Assembly: GCA_963742195.1 (NCBI GenBank)
Contig: CAVULA010000008.1
Span: 127,604 to 191,603, forward strand
DNA length: 64,000 nucleotides
Origin: an uncultured Actinomycetota bacterium
Lineage (GTDB): Bacteria; Actinomycetota; Actinomycetes; Propionibacteriales; Nocardioidaceae
Direction: 5' to 3'
Below are positions 34,273 through 44,489 of this stretch, in pieces (the stretch's first letter is position 1; each line of letters starts with the position of its first letter). The notes below the pieces were generated by a model. The model made no database searches. It was given only the letters and a program-made list of their open reading frames with translations, and was not told the DNA's origin. The translations under genes and the position numbers were made by a program.

Positions 34273-35157
34273 ATGCTCGGCAACTACCTGATCGGCCTCC
34301 GGGAGGGCCTCGAGGCGTCCCTGGTCGTCACGATCCTGATCGCCTACCTCGTGAAGTCCGGGCGCACCCACCTCCTGCCGAGGATCTGGGCCGGCGTGGC
34401 CGCCGCGGTCGCGGTCAGCCTCGCCTTCGGCGCCGTGCTCACCTACGGACCCCGCGGGCTGACGTTCGAGGCCCAGGAGGCCGTCGGCGGGACCCTCTCG
34501 ATCCTGGCCGTCGTCCTGGTGACCTGGATGATCTTCTGGATGGGTCGCGCAGCGCGCGGCCTGGCGGGGGAGCTGCGTGGCCAGATCGACCGCGCGGCGG
34601 ACGCCGGCCGGTGGTCGCTGGCCGCCGTCGCGGCGCTCGCGGTGGGTCGCGAGGGTCTCGAGACGGCGCTGTTCCTGTGGGCCGCCACCGAGACCGCCAC
34701 GGGCAGGGACGAATGTCGTCGACGGTGCCCGCCTGGCAGCCGCTGACCGGGGCGGCGCTCGGCCTGCTGACGGCGGTGGTGCTCGGCTACCTGCTCTACC
34801 GCGGTGCGGTGCGGATCAACCTCGTCGCGCTTCTTCACGTGGACGGGCGGCTTCCTGATCGTGATCGCCGCAGGAGTGCTCGGCTACGGCATCCACGACC
34901 TGCAGGAGGCCGGGATCCTGCCGGGGCTGAACTCGCTGGCGTTCGACGTCTCCGGCACCGTGGACGAGGGCAGCTGGTACGGCACCGTGCTCAAGGGCGT
35001 CTTCAACTTCTCGGCCCAGACGACCTGGCTCCAGGCCATCGCGTGGACCCTCTACCTCGCGATCACGATGACGCTCTTCCTGCGCGGCGTACGCCGTCGC
35101 GCGCGGTCCCAGGCTCCCTCGCCGCAGACCGCTCCCTCCGACAAGCAGACCGTCTGA
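34273..35157 (+). CDS. efeU: Iron permease EfeU (FTR1 family), frameshifted
   Basis: Two REGLE motifs; HDLQEAG. Confidence 0.93.
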
Positions 35158-35184
35158 CGACGGTCCGGACCGAGAGTGACCCCG

Positions 35185-36349
35185 ATGCGCTTCACCCTGC
35201 CCCTGGCCGCGCTGCTCGCCGTCCCCCTGCTGGCGGCCTGCACCGAGAACGCCACCACCTCCGACGTCGCGGCCGGCGAGGCCGGTCCGGTCTCGGTGAC
35301 CGCGACGGACGACGCCTGCGAGCTCTCGACCGCGTCGGCGCCTGCCGGGGCGCTGACCTTCGAGGTGACCAACAGCGGCTCCAAGGTCACCGAGTTCTAC
35401 CTGTACTCCGGCGACGGCAAGCGGATCGTCGGCGAGGTCGAGAACATCGGCCCCGGCCTGCAGGGCAAGCTGATCGTCACCGCCCAGGAGGGGGCCTACC
35501 TGGCCGCGTGCAAGCCCGGGATGTCCGGCCAGGGGATCCGGTCGGAGTTCACGGTGACCGAGCCCGAGGACGGCGCCGCGGCGCCGTCGGGGGACCAGGT
35601 GCTGGTGAGCAGGGCCCAGAACGACTACCGGGTCTGGGTCCAGCGCCAGTCCGACGTCCTGGTCGCCCGCACCGCGGCCTTCGTCGCGGCGTACCAGAAG
35701 GGGAACGACGACCTCGCGCGCCGGCTGTACCCGCAGGCCCGCACCCCGTGGGAGGCGATCGAGACGGTGGCCGAGTCCTTCGGCGACCTCGACCCCAAGA
35801 CCGATGCCCGTGAGGCGGACCTCGCCCCCGGCCAGAAGTGGACCGGATGGCACCGGATCGAGAAGGACCTCTGGCCGCAGCGGGCGAAGGACTACACGCC
35901 CCTCACCCTGAAGCAGCGACAGTTCTACGGGGACGACCTCCTGCGCAACGTGACCACCGTCCGCGACGAGATCCGCGATCTCACGTTCACCACCGACCAG
36001 ATCGCCAACGGCTCCGCGGGGCTGATGGAGGAGGTCGCCACGGGCAAGGTCACCGGCGAGGAGGAGTACTGGTCGCACACCGACCTGTGGGACTTCGCAG
36101 CCAACGTGAAGGGCGCGCGCGTCGCGTTCACGGACGTGAAGCCGATCGTCGACCGGCGCGACCCGACAGCTGTCGCGGACCTTGGCCAAGCGCTTCGCGG
36201 AGATCGACCGCCTGCTCGCCCAGCAGCGCGAGGGCGACGGGTACCGCCTCTACACCGACCTGAGCCGCGCGGAGGTGAAGCGACTGGCCGACGCGGTGAA
36301 CGCGCTGTCGGAGCCGCTGTCGCACCTCACCGCCGCGGTCCTGCCCTGA
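35185..36349 (+). CDS. efeO: Iron uptake lipoprotein EfeO (cupredoxin + M75 domains), frameshift near 36170
   Basis: Lipobox LAAC; GEVENIGPG, GWHRIEKDLW, GEEEYWSHTDLWDF. Confidence 0.93.
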
Positions 36350-36360
36350 GGCGGCGCACG

Positions 36361-37609
36361 ATGAAGGTCTCCCGACGAGGGCTGATCGGCGGCGGTACGG
36401 CCGTCGCCGGGGTCGCAGCCGGCTTCGCGGTCGGCGACGTGTACGCCGGCCACGGCTCGGACGACGCGGCGGCCGCCACGACGACGTACCCCTTCCGAGG
36501 TGTGCACCAGGCCGGCATCGTCACCCCCGCCCAGGACCGCCTGCACCTGGCGGCGTTCGACATCACGACGGGGTCGCGGGCGCAGCTGGTCGCGCTGCTG
36601 AAGGCCTGGACGGTGGCGGCGGAGCGGATGACCCAGGGCCTCTCCGCAGGCGAGGTCGGGCCGACCGACGGTGCACCGCTGGTGCCGCCGGACGACACGG
36701 GCGAGGCGATCGGCCTGTCGCCGGGCGGGCTCACCATCACCTTCGGCTTCGGGCCGGGGATGTTCCGCGACGGCCGGGGCCGCGACCGGTTCGGGCTGGC
36801 CGACCGGCAGCCGGACGCCCTCCGCGACCTGCCGCACTTCCCGGGCGACCAGCTCGACCCGCAGCGCTCGCGCGGGGAGATCGTGGTGCAGGCCTGCTCG
36901 CAGGACCCGCAGGTCGCCTTCCACGCGGTGCGCAACCTGGCGCGGATCGGCTTCGGCACGGTCGCCGTGCGCTGGTCGCAGCTGGGGTTCGGGCGGACCT
37001 CGACCACCTCGACGTCGCAGTCCACGCCGCGCAACCTGTTCGGGTTCAAGGACGGCACGCGCAACGTGAAGGCCGAGGAGACCGCGGACCTCGAGCGGTT
37101 CGTCTGGGTCGGCGACGACGACCAGCCCTGGCTCGCCGGGGGGTCCTACCTGGTGGCGCGGCGTATCAACATGCAGATCGAGACCTGGGACCGGCAGGGC
37201 CTCCAGCCCCAGGAGGAGGTCGTCGGCCGCACCAAGGCGTCCGGCGCGCCGCTGTCCGGCGGCACCGAGTTCACGCCCGCTCGACCTGTCGCTGCAGGGC
37301 TCGGACGGCCCGCTGATCCCGGCCGACTCCCATGTCGCGGTGGTCAGCCCGGAGAAGCACGGCGGGGTCCGGATGCTCCGTCGGGGCTACAACTTCGTCG
37401 ACGGGTCCAACGTGCTCGGGGGCCTCGACGCGGGCCTCTTCTTCATCGCCTTCGTGCGGGACCCGGCGACGCACTTCATCCCCCTCCAGAACGCGATGGC
37501 GTCGAGCGACGCGATGATGGAGTACCTCCGGTTCACCAGCTCCGCGATCTTCGCCGTCCCCCCGGGCACCGCCCCGGGCGAGTACGTCGGCCAGGCACTC
37601 TTCACCTGA
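36361..37609 (+). CDS. efeB: Tat-exported DyP-type peroxidase EfeB, frameshift near 37280
   Basis: SRRGL Tat motif; HQAGIVTP, GFKDGTRN, MLRRGYNF. Confidence 0.93.
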
Positions 37610-37613
37610 CCTC

Positions 37614-37710
37614 TCACGCCGAGTCGGCGCAAACAGGCAGCGAGATCACGCCGAGTCGGCGCAAACAGGCAGCGAGATCGCGCCGAGTCGTCAGGTGACA
37701 ACTCGGCGTC
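37614..37710. repeat. Tandem 32-bp REP-like repeats (2 full copies + partial + inverted end)
   Basis: TCACGCCGAGTCGGCGCAAACAGGCAGCGAGA twice, then TCGCGCCGAGTCG..ACTCGGCG. Confidence 0.85.
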
Positions 37711-37734
37711 GGGCGGTGCTGGGACACTGTCGGG

Positions 37735-38179
37735 ATGGTCGAGCCGCTCGCAGATCCGGGTCAAGGCGATGGCGTACCTGCCCAACGCGGCAGGCACCCA
37801 CCACGCGGTGCTGAAGGGAGAGGACCCCCTCGACGGCCGTAGGTTCCACCGGCTTCTCGGCGGCGGCGTCGAGCCGGGCGAGCGGTCCGAGGAGGCGGTG
37901 GTGCGCGAGATCGCCGAGGAGCTGCACGCGACCCTGCTCGAGCCCCGGCTGCTCGGGGTGCTGGAGAACGTCTTCACCTACGACGGCGAGCCGGGCCACG
38001 AGGTCGTCTTCGTGTACGCCGGTCGGCTGGCCGAGGGGGACGTCGTACCGCCCGAGGGTGGCTGGTACGACGACGTCGGTGTGCCGATGTGGGTCGAGTG
38101 GCGCCGGTGTGACCAGGCCGACGACGGCGCGCTGCCTCTCTATCCGGACGGCGTCGGGGAGCTGATCGCCCTCGGGTAG
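37735..38179 (+). CDS. NUDIX hydrolase (start uncertain: 37735 with frameshift, or 37769)
   Basis: Nudix box GGGVEPGERSEEAVVREIAEEL. Confidence 0.88.
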
Positions 38180-38259
38180 AGTCGATCGGGCACAGCGTCG
38201 TGCCGGACCGTCTCGGGGTCCGCGTCCCCTCACTCATCGACCACGAGGACACCGCTGTC

Positions 38260-39850
38260 GTGAGCACCAAGCCCGTCGTACTCATCGCCGAAGAGCTCAG
38301 CCCCGCCACCGTGGAGGCGCTCGGCCCCGACTTCGAGATCCGGCACTGCAACGGCGCCGACCGCGCCGAGCTGCTGCCCGCGATCGCCGACGTCGACGCG
38401 ATCCTGGTCCGCTCCGCCACCAAGGTGGACGCCGAGGCGCTGGCCGCGGCGAAGAACCTCCAGGTCGTCGCCCGGGCCGGCGTCGGGCTCGACAACGTCG
38501 ACGTGAAGGCCGCCACCCAGTCCGGCGTGATGGTCGTCAACGCGCCGACCTCCAACATCGTGAGCGCCGCGGAGCTCGCCGTCGGCCTGCTCCTGGCAGC
38601 GGCTCGGCACATCAGCCCCGCCCACTCGGCGCTGCGCAACGGTGAGTGGAAGCGCTCGAAGTACACCGGCATCGAGCTCTACGAGAAGACCGTCGGCATC
38701 GTCGGCCTCGGCCGCATCGGCGTCCTCGTGGCGCACCGCCTGGCCGCTTTCGGCATGGACGTGATCGCCTACGACCCGTACGTGCAGGCCGGCCGCGCCG
38801 CCCAGATGGGCGTCCGCCTGGTCGACCTCGACACCCTGCTGGCCGAGGCCGACTTCCTCAGCGTGCACCTGCCGAAGACACCCGAGACGATCGGCCTGAT
38901 CGGCAGCGACGAGCTGGCCAAGGCCAAGCCGTCGATGGTGCTGGTCAACGCCGCCCGTGGCGGCATCGTCGACGAGGACGCGCTCTTCGCGGCGCTCAAG
39001 GAGGGCCGGATCGCGGGCGCGGGCATCGACGTGTTCGCCAAGGAGCCGTGCACCGACAGCCCCCTCTTCGAGCTGGACAACGTCGTCGCGACGCCCCACC
39101 TCGGGGCGTCCACCGACGAGGCCCAGGAGAAGGCCGGCATCGCCGTGGCCAGGTCGGTCCGGCTCGCGCTCAGTGGCGAGCTGGTGCCCGACGCCGTCAA
39201 CGTGCAGGGTGGCGTGATCGCCGAGGACGTCCGTCCCGCGATCCCGCTCACCGAGAAGCTCGGCCGGATCTTCACCGCCCTGGCCGGCGAGGTGGCGCAG
39301 CAGATCGACGTCGAGGTCCGCGGCGAGATCACCGAGTACGACGTGAAGGTGCTGGAGCTGGCGGCCCTCAAGGGCGTCTTCACCGACGTGGTCGAGGAGG
39401 CCGTCTCCTACGTGAACGCCCCCCTGCTCGCCGCCGAGCGGGGGACCGCCGTACGCCTGGTCGCGGAGAGCGAGAGCCCCGACCACCGCAACCTGATCAC
39501 CATCCGCGGCACCCTCGCCGACGGGGCGCAGGTCTCGGTCAGCGGCACGCTCGTCGGCATCGCGCAGAAGGAGCGGCTGGTGGCGGTCAACGACTTCCTG
39601 GTCGACCTGGAGCCCACCGACCACCTCGCCTTCTTCACCTACGCCGACCGCCCGGGCATGGTCGGGACCGTCGGCCGGATCCTCGGTGACAGCACGGTCA
39701 ACATCGCCGGCATGCAGGTCTCGCGCGACGCCAAGGGGGGCCATGCCCTGGTGGCGCTGTCGGTCGACTCCGCGATCCCCGCCGGAGGCGCTGGCCGAGA
39801 TCGAGGCCGCGATCGACGCCACGTCGTTGCGAGGCGTCGACCTGGTCTGA
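38260..39850 (+). CDS. serA: D-3-phosphoglycerate dehydrogenase, frameshift near 39785
   Basis: RAGVGLDNVD, GLGRIG, TPHLGAST, C-terminal ACT domain DRPG. Confidence 0.97.
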
Positions 39851-39861
39851 GGGCTCGTGCG

Positions 39862-41317
39862 TCAGGCGACCATGACGCGCGTCCGCGGCGCCTCGCGGAC
39901 GGTGCTGCTCGACGGTCCGTTGCTGACGCGTCGCCCACGCGTCGGCGAGCCGTGCCACGGCCATGCGCAGCTCCTCCGCCGGCCGGCTGAACGGCACCCG
40001 CACGAACGTGTCGAGGCCTCCGTCGACGGCGAAGACCGAGCCGGGCGAGACGACCACACCATGACGCTCGGCCTCCAGGACCAGCGCCGTCGCCCCGGCG
40101 CCGACCACTCTCGGTAGCTCGCACCACAGCGACAGGCCGCCGCGCGGCAGCCGGAAGCGCCAGTCCGGGAGCTCGGTCCGGAGTACGCCGGCGAGGGCGT
40201 CGCGCTGCTCGCGCAGGCGCCGCCGCTGCTCCGCCCACAGCTCCTCGCGGCGGGCGAGCAGGCGCGCGGCGACCAGCTGTTCGAGCACGGGGCTGCCCAG
40301 ATCGAGCGCCACGCGCGCCTCCATCAGCCGGTCGAGCACTCCGTCGGGACAGCGCACCCAGCCGATCCGCAGACCGCCCCAGAAGCTCTTGCTGGTGCTC
40401 CCGAGGGTGACCGTCTCGGGGGCGAACGCGGCGAACGGCCGCGGCATCGGCCGGCCGTCGAGTGCGAGCGCCTGGTGCGACTCGTCCACCACGGGGACGG
40501 TGCCGGAGCGCCGCAGCAGCGCCGCGAGCTGCTCGCGCTCGGCGTTCGGCATCAGGTTGCCGGTCGGGTTCTGGAAGTCCGGGATCAGGTAGGCCAGCTG
40601 CGGCCGGGTCTGCCTCAGGAGGCGGCCCACGGCAGCGAGGTCCCAGCCGTCGACGTCCATCGGCAGCCCGACGCGCCGGGCCCCGGCCCGGCGCAGCGCC
40701 GCGTGCGCGTTCGGGTAGCCGGGGCTCTCCACCAGCACGCGGTCGCCGGTGCCGACCAGGCCCTGCGCGACCACGGTGAGTGCGGTCAGCGATCCGGGCA
40801 CCACCATGATCTGCGCCGGGTCCGTCGGCAGACCACGGGCGTCGTAGGCCCGGGCCACCGCCTCCTGGAGGGCCGGCACGCCGGTGGGGAAGTACCCGTG
40901 TCCGCCGAGGTAGCGGGACAGGTCCTGCACGGCCTCGGCGTACGCCGTCCCGATGCCGGGCAGCGCCGACGGTGCGGCACAGTTCAGGTCGATCACGTCG
41001 TCGTCGGTGGTCGACGGTGTGAGGGTCCGGTCGAGGCCGCGCCGCCGGCCTCCGGGCAGACGGGTGTACGTGCCGGACCCCTGGCGCGCCGCGGCGAACC
41101 CGCTCTCGACCAGGCCGGCGTACGCCCGGGTGACGGTCGTCCGCGAGACGCCCAGGGCGACGCTCAGGTCGCGTTCGCTGGGCAGCCGGAGGTCGACGCC
41201 GACCCGGCCGTCGCCGATCAGCAGCCGCAGCTCGTCGGCGAGTCCCGCGTACGCGGGCCGACGGTCGAAGCCCGCGGCGAGGGCGGCCAGGCGTGGTGCA
41301 GCAATGGATCCGACCAT
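39862..41317 (-). CDS. MocR/GntR-family PLP-binding regulator (YczR-like)
   Basis: LPSERDL..LGVSRTTV wHTH plus aminotransferase-like domain (FQNPTG, SKSFWGGLRIGW); divergent from yczE. Confidence 0.9.
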
Positions 41318-41320
41318 GCA

Positions 41321-41360
41321 GTCCACTCTCTCACAAGTGGCTATTTATGAGGAGTCCAAT
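41321..41360. promoter_or_regulatory. Putative MocR (YczR) operator
   Basis: CCACT..AGTGG inverted pair and GTCCA direct repeat in the short divergent gap. Confidence 0.45.
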
Positions 41361-41370
41361 CTGGGCGACC

Positions 41371-42123
41371 ATGGGAGACGTGTCCACCTCAGCCCAGCCG
41401 CGGATCGCCCTCAGCGACCTCGGCCCGATCGCCCAGCTGCGGGCCGGCCGCCTCGGCCGTCGCCTGGTCCAGCTGTACGCCGGCCTGTTGCTGTACGGCT
41501 TCTCGATCGCGTTGATGGTGCGCTCCGAGCTGGGGCTGGCTCCGTGGGACGTGCTGCACTCGGGGCTGACGAGGTGGTTCCCGATCGACATCGGGGTGGC
41601 GCTGGTGCTGGTGAGCTTCGTGGTGATGCTGGCCTGGATCCCCCTGCGCGAGAAGCCGGGCGTCGGCACGATCTCGAACGCGATCGTGATCGGCGTCTCG
41701 ACCGACCTCTTCCTGGCCGTGCTGGCCGCGCCCGGCACCCTGTGGCTGCGGGCCGTGCTGCTGGGGTCCGGGATCGTGTTGCAGGGCGCCGCCACCGCGG
41801 CGTACATCGGCGCCCAGCTGGGCCGCGGCCCGCGGGACGGGCTGATGACCGGGCTCTCGCGGCGTACCGGCCGGTCGCTGCGCCTCGTGCGCACGGCGAT
41901 GGAGCTGACCGTGGTCGCGATGGGCCTCCTGCTCGGCGGTGTCGCCGGGCTCGGCACCATCGTCTACGCGGTGAGCATCGGACCGCTGAGCCAGGCCCTG
42001 CTGCCCGTCGATGATCGTCGCCGTGCCGGAGACGCTCGTGCGAGCTGCCGGCGGAGTGCGTGCAGCTGCCGGCCCACTGCCCGCCCTCGGGTTCCGGGTC
42101 GTCCGCCTGACAGGAGCCCCTAG
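41371..42123 (+). CDS. yczE: YczE/YyaS/YitT-family membrane protein (3' end uncertain)
   Basis: LGLAPWDVLH.GL, PGVGT, GPRDGLMTGL. Confidence 0.85.
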   Translation: MGDVSTSAQPRIALSDLGPIAQLRAGRLGRRLVQLYAGLLLYGFSIALMVRSELGLAPWDVLHSGLTRWFPIDIGVALVLVSFVVMLAWIPLREKPGVGTISNAIVIGVSTDLFLAVLAAPGTLWLRAVLLGSGIVLQGAATAAYIGAQLGRGPRDGLMTGLSRRTGRSLRLVRTAMELTVVAMGLLLGGVAGLGTIVYAVSIGPLSQALLPVDDRRRAGDARASCRRSACSCRPTARPRVPGRPPDRSP

Positions 42124-42165
42124 CCGGCCGCTGTCAGGCGGACGACCCGTAGGCGGAACCGGGCG
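42082..42165. repeat. Palindromic element / bidirectional terminator
   Basis: Perfect 19-bp arms CGGGTCGTCCGCCTGACAG (42095-42113) and 42131-42149, plus outer pairing. Confidence 0.8.
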
Positions 42166-42169
42166 AGCG

Positions 42170-42739
42170 TCAGCGCTTGGTGGCGATCACGGCCGACGCA
42201 TCGGGGGCGACGAGCACCTCGGCCGCGGTGAACCGGTCGTCGCTGAGCCACTCCTCGCGGAGCGTGTCGACGCGACCGTCGAAGATCGGCGGCCACGAGT
42301 GACAGGGGGTGAAGTCGTCGAGCACGACGATGCCGCCCTCGGCCATCAGCTCGGCCACCCGGTCCGGCCGCGAGGCCGAGGGCTTCCCCGAGTCGAGGAA
42401 CAGCAGCGAGAAGGGGCCCCGGTCCAGGAGCGTCGACCAGTCCGCAGCGAGCACCTCCACCTGCGCGTCGTCGCGGAAGATCTCCGACGCCGCCTCCGCG
42501 AGGGTCGGGTCGAGCTCGGCGGTCAGGATCCGCGTGTCGTTCCCGCGTACGCCGGAGCGCAGCCAGGCCGTACCGACCCCGCAGCCGGTGCCGAACTCGG
42601 CCATCGTCCCCTCGCGGGTCGCGGCCAGGGCCGCGAGCAGGCGCCCGGTCTCGTTGCGACAGAACGACACGTAGCCGGCGCGGCGGGACACGTCGAAGGC
42701 GCGGGTCACGATCTCGGGCAGCTCGGGGGGTGCGCTCAT
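42170..42739 (-). CDS. O-methyltransferase-like SAM-dependent methyltransferase
   Basis: ETGRLLAAL, EFGTGCGVGTAWL, LLFLD, GGIVVLDD. Confidence 0.85.
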   Translation of the reverse strand: MSAPPELPEIVTRAFDVSRRAGYVSFCRNETGRLLAALAATREGTMAEFGTGCGVGTAWLRSGVRGNDTRILTAELDPTLAEAASEIFRDDAQVEVLAADWSTLLDRGPFSLLFLDSGKPSASRPDRVAELMAEGGIVVLDDFTPCHSWPPIFDGRVDTLREEWLSDDRFTAAEVLVAPDASAVIATKR

Positions 42740-42838
42740 GGGATCGAGTCTCGCATCCCCGGACAGCCGTCTCGCATGCTGAGCCACCGCCGGAATCGGC
42801 GTGCGCGCGGGCCGGCCGCGCCGTACCGTTCTCGCATC

Positions 42839-42883
42839 ATGCGGAGCGTGTTCGTACTCATCGATCGCCGCGGCGGGGCCTGA
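42839..42883 (+). CDS. Leader peptide MRSVFVLIDRRGGA (LEU-element-like)
   Basis: -10 TACCGT just upstream; Val/Leu/Ile cluster; 3' end CGCGGCGGGGCC can pair with downstream GGCCACCTCGTCGCG. Confidence 0.7.
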   Translation: MRSVFVLIDRRGGA

Positions 42884-43104
42884 CAGCAAGGCCACCTCGT
42901 CGCGGAGTTCGGCGTTCCCGGCCTTGCGATCCCGACGAGCCGCTCCGCGGCGGATCCGCAGCAGGGCCTCACTCCCGGCGCGATCCGCTCCCGAGCACCT
43001 GTCTCCCGGCGCGTGCGACCCACGCCCCGGTCTGCCGGCTCCGCCCCGCGGCGGCTCGTCACCCGACCACCGTCTCGATGAGCCAGACGACGAGGAGCAG
43101 TTCC

Positions 43105-43254
43105 GTGTACGACATGTATCCCGAGTGGGGTCCCGCGAAGAACCGTGGGGCCTTCGAGGCCCCCGGCCAGCCCGAGCGTCCGCGCAGCCACGACGCGGTC
43201 CAGACGTCGCTCGACCTGCGGGACAACGGCGCCCAGCGCCCCGACGACAACTAG
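43105..43254 (+). CDS. Small hypothetical ORF upstream of leuB (alternative start ATG 43078)
   Basis: SD GAGGAG at 43092; VYDMYPEWG...[10 protein letters not shown]. Confidence 0.5.
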   Translation: MYDMYPEWGPAKNRGAFEAPGQPERPRSHDAVQTSLDLRDNGAQRPDDN

Positions 43255-43264
43255 CCTTCGTGCC

Positions 43265-44347
43265 ATGACCTCCGAGACCTCCCAGACCCTCGTGACCGAC
43301 CCGACCGCCCCGATCCGGGTGGCCGTGATCGGCGGCGACGGCATCGGTCCCGAGGTGACGGCCGAGGCCCTCAAGGTGCTCGAGGCGGCCGCACCGGTCA
43401 AGATCGAGCAGACCCGCTACGACCTCGGAGCCGAGCGCTACCTCGCGACGGGCGAGGTGCTGCCGGACTCCGTGCTCGACGAGATCCGCGGCCACGACGC
43501 GATCCTGCTGGGCGCGGTCGGTGGCAAGCCGGGCGATCCCCGGCTCCCCGCGGGCATCCTCGAGCGCGGCCTGCTGCTGAAGCTGCGCTTCGAGCTCGAC
43601 CACTACGTCAACCTGCGCCCGTCGCGCACCTACCCCGGCGTCCCGACGCCCCTCGCCGACCCCGGCGAGGTCGACTTCGTCGTCGTCCGCGAGGGCACCG
43701 AGGGCCCCTACACCGGCAACGGCGGCCGGCTGCGCGGCGGTACGCCGGCCGAGGTCGCGACCGAGGTCAGCCTCAACACGGCGTACGGCGTCGAGCGGGT
43801 GGTGCGCGACGCGTTCGCGCGGGCGTCCCGTCGGCCGCGGCGCCAGCTGACCCTCGTCCACAAGACGAACGTGCTGGTCCACGCCGGCGGCCTGTGGTCG
43901 CGCGTGGTCGCCGAGGTCGGTGCGGACTTCCCGGAGGTCGCCGTCGACTACCTGCACGTGGATGCCGCCACGATCTTCTTGGCCACGGACCCGGCGAGGT
44001 TCGACGTGATCGTCACCGACAACCTGTTCGGCGACATCCTCACCGACCTCGCCGGCGCCGTCACCGGCGGCATCGGCCTGGCCGCGTCGGGCAACATCAA
44101 CCCCGAGCGGACCGCGCCGTCGATGTTCGAGCCGGTGCACGGGTCGGCGCCCGACATCGCCGGCCAGCAGGTGGCCGACCCCACCGCCGCGATCCTGTCG
44201 GCAGGCCTGATGCTCGACCACCTCGGCCACCTCGACGCCGCCCGCGCGATCGACGACGCCGTGTTCGCCGACCTCACCTCCCGAGTACCCGGGACCACCC
44301 GGCGTACCTCGCAGATCGGCGACGCGATCGCGGCCCGGGTGGTCTGA
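43265..44347 (+). CDS. leuB: 3-isopropylmalate dehydrogenase
   Basis: [46 protein letters not shown]. Confidence 0.97.
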   Translation: MTSETSQTLVTDPTAPIRVAVIGGDGIGPEVTAEALKVLEAAAPVKIEQTRYDLGAERYLATGEVLPDSVLDEIRGHDAILLGAVGGKPGDPRLPAGILERGLLLKLRFELDHYVNLRPSRTYPGVPTPLADPGEVDFVVVREGTEGPYTGNGGRLRGGTPAEVATEVSLNTAYGVERVVRDAFARASRRPRRQLTLVHKTNVLVHAGGLWSRVVAEVGADFPEVAVDYLHVDAATIFLATDPARFDVIVTDNLFGDILTDLAGAVTGGIGLAASGNINPERTAPSMFEPVHGSAPDIAGQQVADPTAAILSAGLMLDHLGHLDAARAIDDAVFADLTSRVPGTTRRTSQIGDAIAARVV

Positions 44348-44489
44348 GCCTCCTGTCCGGAGTCGCCGGTTCACCGGCGATTCGCGCACTCCCCGGCCGG
44401 TGCAACCCCCGAGAAGTGCCAAGAGCCCGTGCCATCAGGGAGTCGAGTGACTCCTGTGACTCCACCGGAGGTGGACTAACGTGCGTGCC

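Noticed and set aside
35176-37698. Apparent EfeO-EfeB fusion ORF (840 aa)
   Set aside because: An indel near 36170 bypasses the efeO stop; EfeB retains its own ATG and Tat signal
37614-37710. Possible mini-CRISPR array
   Set aside because: Units are identical head-to-tail with no unique spacers, and no cas genes are in the window
38230-39822. Long antisense ORFs (also opposite ilvD, ilvB, leuB and others)
   Set aside because: Shadow frames expected in high-GC DNA; they mirror well-supported genes
44360-44476. Several short hairpins between leuB and ilvE as a regulatory RNA
   Set aside because: Short GC-rich stems with no leader ORF or recognisable motif; likely a terminator plus chance pairing
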